Shown here in pieces: positions 62,436-64,000 of a stretch of 64,000 nt of DNA (position 1 is its first letter; each line of letters opens with the position of its first letter). Source of the stretch: an uncultured Actinomycetota bacterium (GTDB taxonomy: Bacteria; Actinomycetota; UBA4738; HRBIN12); the NCBI GenBank assembly GCA_963724415.1, contig CAVRUS010000011.1:256561-320560 (forward strand). The letters are read 5' to 3'. Below the pieces are notes generated by a model that saw only the letters and a program-made list of their open reading frames with translations, was not told where the DNA came from and did no database searches. The translations under genes were made by a program, and so were the position numbers.

Positions 62436-64000
62436 CAGCCGAGACGACCGCCGCCACCGGCGCGATCCAGTACGCGTGGGTGGTCGCCCTCCTCCCGGTC
62501 GTCGCGGCCGTCTTCACGCTCGTGTTCGGCAAGCGCATCCCGGGGAAGGGGGCCGCGTTCGGGATCCTCGCCCTCGCCGCTGCGCTCGCCCTCGCGCTCG
62601 CGGTCCTGTGGCACTTCGTGACCGGCGGAGGCCCGTACGAGTCCTCGATCGATTGGTTCCAGATCGGGCCGCTGCACGTCGAGGTGGGCCAGTACGTCGA
62701 CGGCCTCACCGCCGCGATGCTGATCGTCGTGACCTCGGTGTCGCTCGCGGTCCATGTCTACTCCCTCGGCTACATGCACGGCGATGTGCGGTTCACGTGG
62801 TTCTACGTCGTCCTGTCCCTGTTCACCTCCGCGATGCTCGTCGTCGTGATCGCCAACAACCTGGTCATGCTGCTGGTGGGCTGGGAGGTGATGGGCGTCT
62901 GCTCCTACCTCCTGATCGGTCACTGGTTCGAAGAGCACGAGAACTCGAGCGCCGCGATCAAGGCGTTCATCACGACGCGGATCGGCGACGTCCCGTTCAT
63001 GTTCGGGATCTTCGCGTTGATCTTCGCCACGGGGTTCACGACGGCGAACATCCAGGAGATCGGCGAGGTGATCGGCGGACCCGAGGTCTCTGCCGCGTTC
63101 GTGACCGTGGCGGCGCTGCTCTTGTTCGGCGGGGCGATCGGGAAGTCGGCGCAGTTCCCGCTGCACGTCTGGTTGCCGGACGCCATGGCCGGTCCAACCC
63201 CCGTCTCGGCGTTGATCCACGCCGCGACGATGGTCGCGGCCGGCGTCTACCTGGTGGGTCGGATGTTCGAGGTGTTCGTCCACGCGGATCCGTGGGTCCT
63301 GACGTTCGTGGCCACGATCGCGGCGATCACCACTTTGGGGGCGGCGTTCCTCGCGTTCGTGCAGGACGACATCAAACGCGTGCTCGCCTACTCCACCCTG
63401 TCCCAGCTCGCCTACATGGTGGCCGGGCTCTCGATGGGGCCCGAAGGGGTGACCGCCGGCTTCTTCCACCTGTTCACCCACGCTTTCTTCAAGGCACTGT
63501 TGTTCTTGGGTGCAGGCTCGGTGATCCACGCCGTGCACTCGAACAACATGAGCGAGATGGGCGGGCTGCGGAAACAGATGCCCGTCACGTTCTGGACGTT
63601 CCTGATCGGCTCCCTCGCGCTGGCAGGCTTCTTCCCCCTCGCGGGATTCTGGTCCAAGGATGAGTTGCTCGCAGGCGCGTGGGCGAACAGTCAGGGCTTG
63701 TTCTGGATCCTGCTGCTGACCGCCGTGCTGACGGCGTTCTATATGACCCGATGCGTGCTTCTGACGTTCTTCGGCAGCTACCGCGGCGCTCAGCATCCGC
63801 ACGAGTCGCCGCCCGTGATGACCGGGCCGCTCGTCGCCCTCGCCGGAGCCACGATCGTCGTGGGCTTCTTGGGGGCGCCCCAGCTGGGCGGCGTGTTCGG
63901 CGACTGGGTGTACTTCGAGCATCCGCACGAAGCCGAGTTCCTCTATTGGGTCGCGATCGTGGGGACGATCGCCGCGCTGATCGGTTTCGGGATCGGTTAC
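62429..64000 (+). CDS. nuoL: NADH-quinone oxidoreductase subunit L, second copy, intact, 3'-truncated by the window edge
   Basis: GTG overlapping the nuoK2 stop; read continuously in one frame to the window end (WLPDAMAGPTPVSALIHAATMVAAGVYLV...). Confidence 0.8.
   Translation, partial: MVAAETTAATGAIQYAWVVALLPVVAAVFTLVFGKRIPGKGAAFGILALAAALALALAVLWHFVTGGGPYESSIDWFQIGPLHVEVGQYVDGLTAAMLIVVTSVSLAVHVYSLGYMHGDVRFTWFYVVLSLFTSAMLVVVIANNLVMLLVGWEVMGVCSYLLIGHWFEEHENSSAAIKAFITTRIGDVPFMFGIFALIFATGFTTANIQEIGEVIGGPEVSAAFVTVAALLLFGGAIGKSAQFPLHVWLPDAMAGPTPVSALIHAATMVAAGVYLVGRMFEVFVHADPWVLTFVATIAAITTLGAAFLAFVQDDIKRVLAYSTLSQLAYMVAGLSMGPEGVTAGFFHLFTHAFFKALLFLGAGSVIHAVHSNNMSEMGGLRKQMPVTFWTFLIGSLALAGFFPLAGFWSKDELLAGAWANSQGLFWILLLTAVLTAFYMTRCVLLTFFGSYRGAQHPHESPPVMTGPLVALAGATIVVGFLGAPQLGGVFGDWVYFEHPHEAEFLYWVAIVGTIAALIGFGIGY

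Overview
The window is a high-GC (about 70%), densely coding chromosomal segment with actinobacterial hallmarks: clpS-DUF2017, a 33-aa bS22 ribosomal micro-gene, an ECF sigma / RskA-like pair, and proC. I saw no tRNA, rRNA, CRISPR, transposase or integrase genes. 0-23 kb holds proC (5' partial), an FAH-family hydrolase, and an 8-gene translationally coupled catabolic operon: P5C dehydrogenase, two class-III aminotransferases, a VOC protein, CoA-transferase A/B, an AcuC-type deacetylase and pyruvate kinase. It also holds an SDR, DUF1905, conserved hypothetical genes including a Clp1-like P-loop protein, an alpha/beta-hydrolase lipoprotein, a DUF62 SAM-hydroxide adenosyltransferase, a DUF4331 + TPR secreted pair, an ECF sigma / anti-sigma pair, a glutaredoxin-like protein and rex. 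23-40 kb is a respiratory supercluster. Around a Rex-type operator palindrome, divergent operons encode a b6f-type Rieske / split-cytochrome-b / cytochrome-c complex with a 2[4Fe-4S] ferredoxin and extra membrane proteins. On the other side are cytochrome c maturation System II (ccdA-resB-resC), a caa3-type oxidase (CoxB with a fused cyt c domain, CoxA with a C-terminal extension, short CoxC, subunit IV, CtaG), a membrane di-cupredoxin, ResA/TlpA and a fused ctaA-ctaB. 40-64 kb carries polyprenyl synthases, a PPOX-like protein, a geranylgeranyl-reductase-family gene coupled to a complete nuoA-N operon, then a second partial nuo cluster (nuoA2-B2-C2-H2-I2-J2-K2-L2, no nuoD/E/F/G). Several respiratory genes are frameshifted (coxB, coxC twice, ctaA, nuoN). 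nuoL of the complete operon is broken by at least 10 frameshifts while the paralogous nuoL2 is intact.
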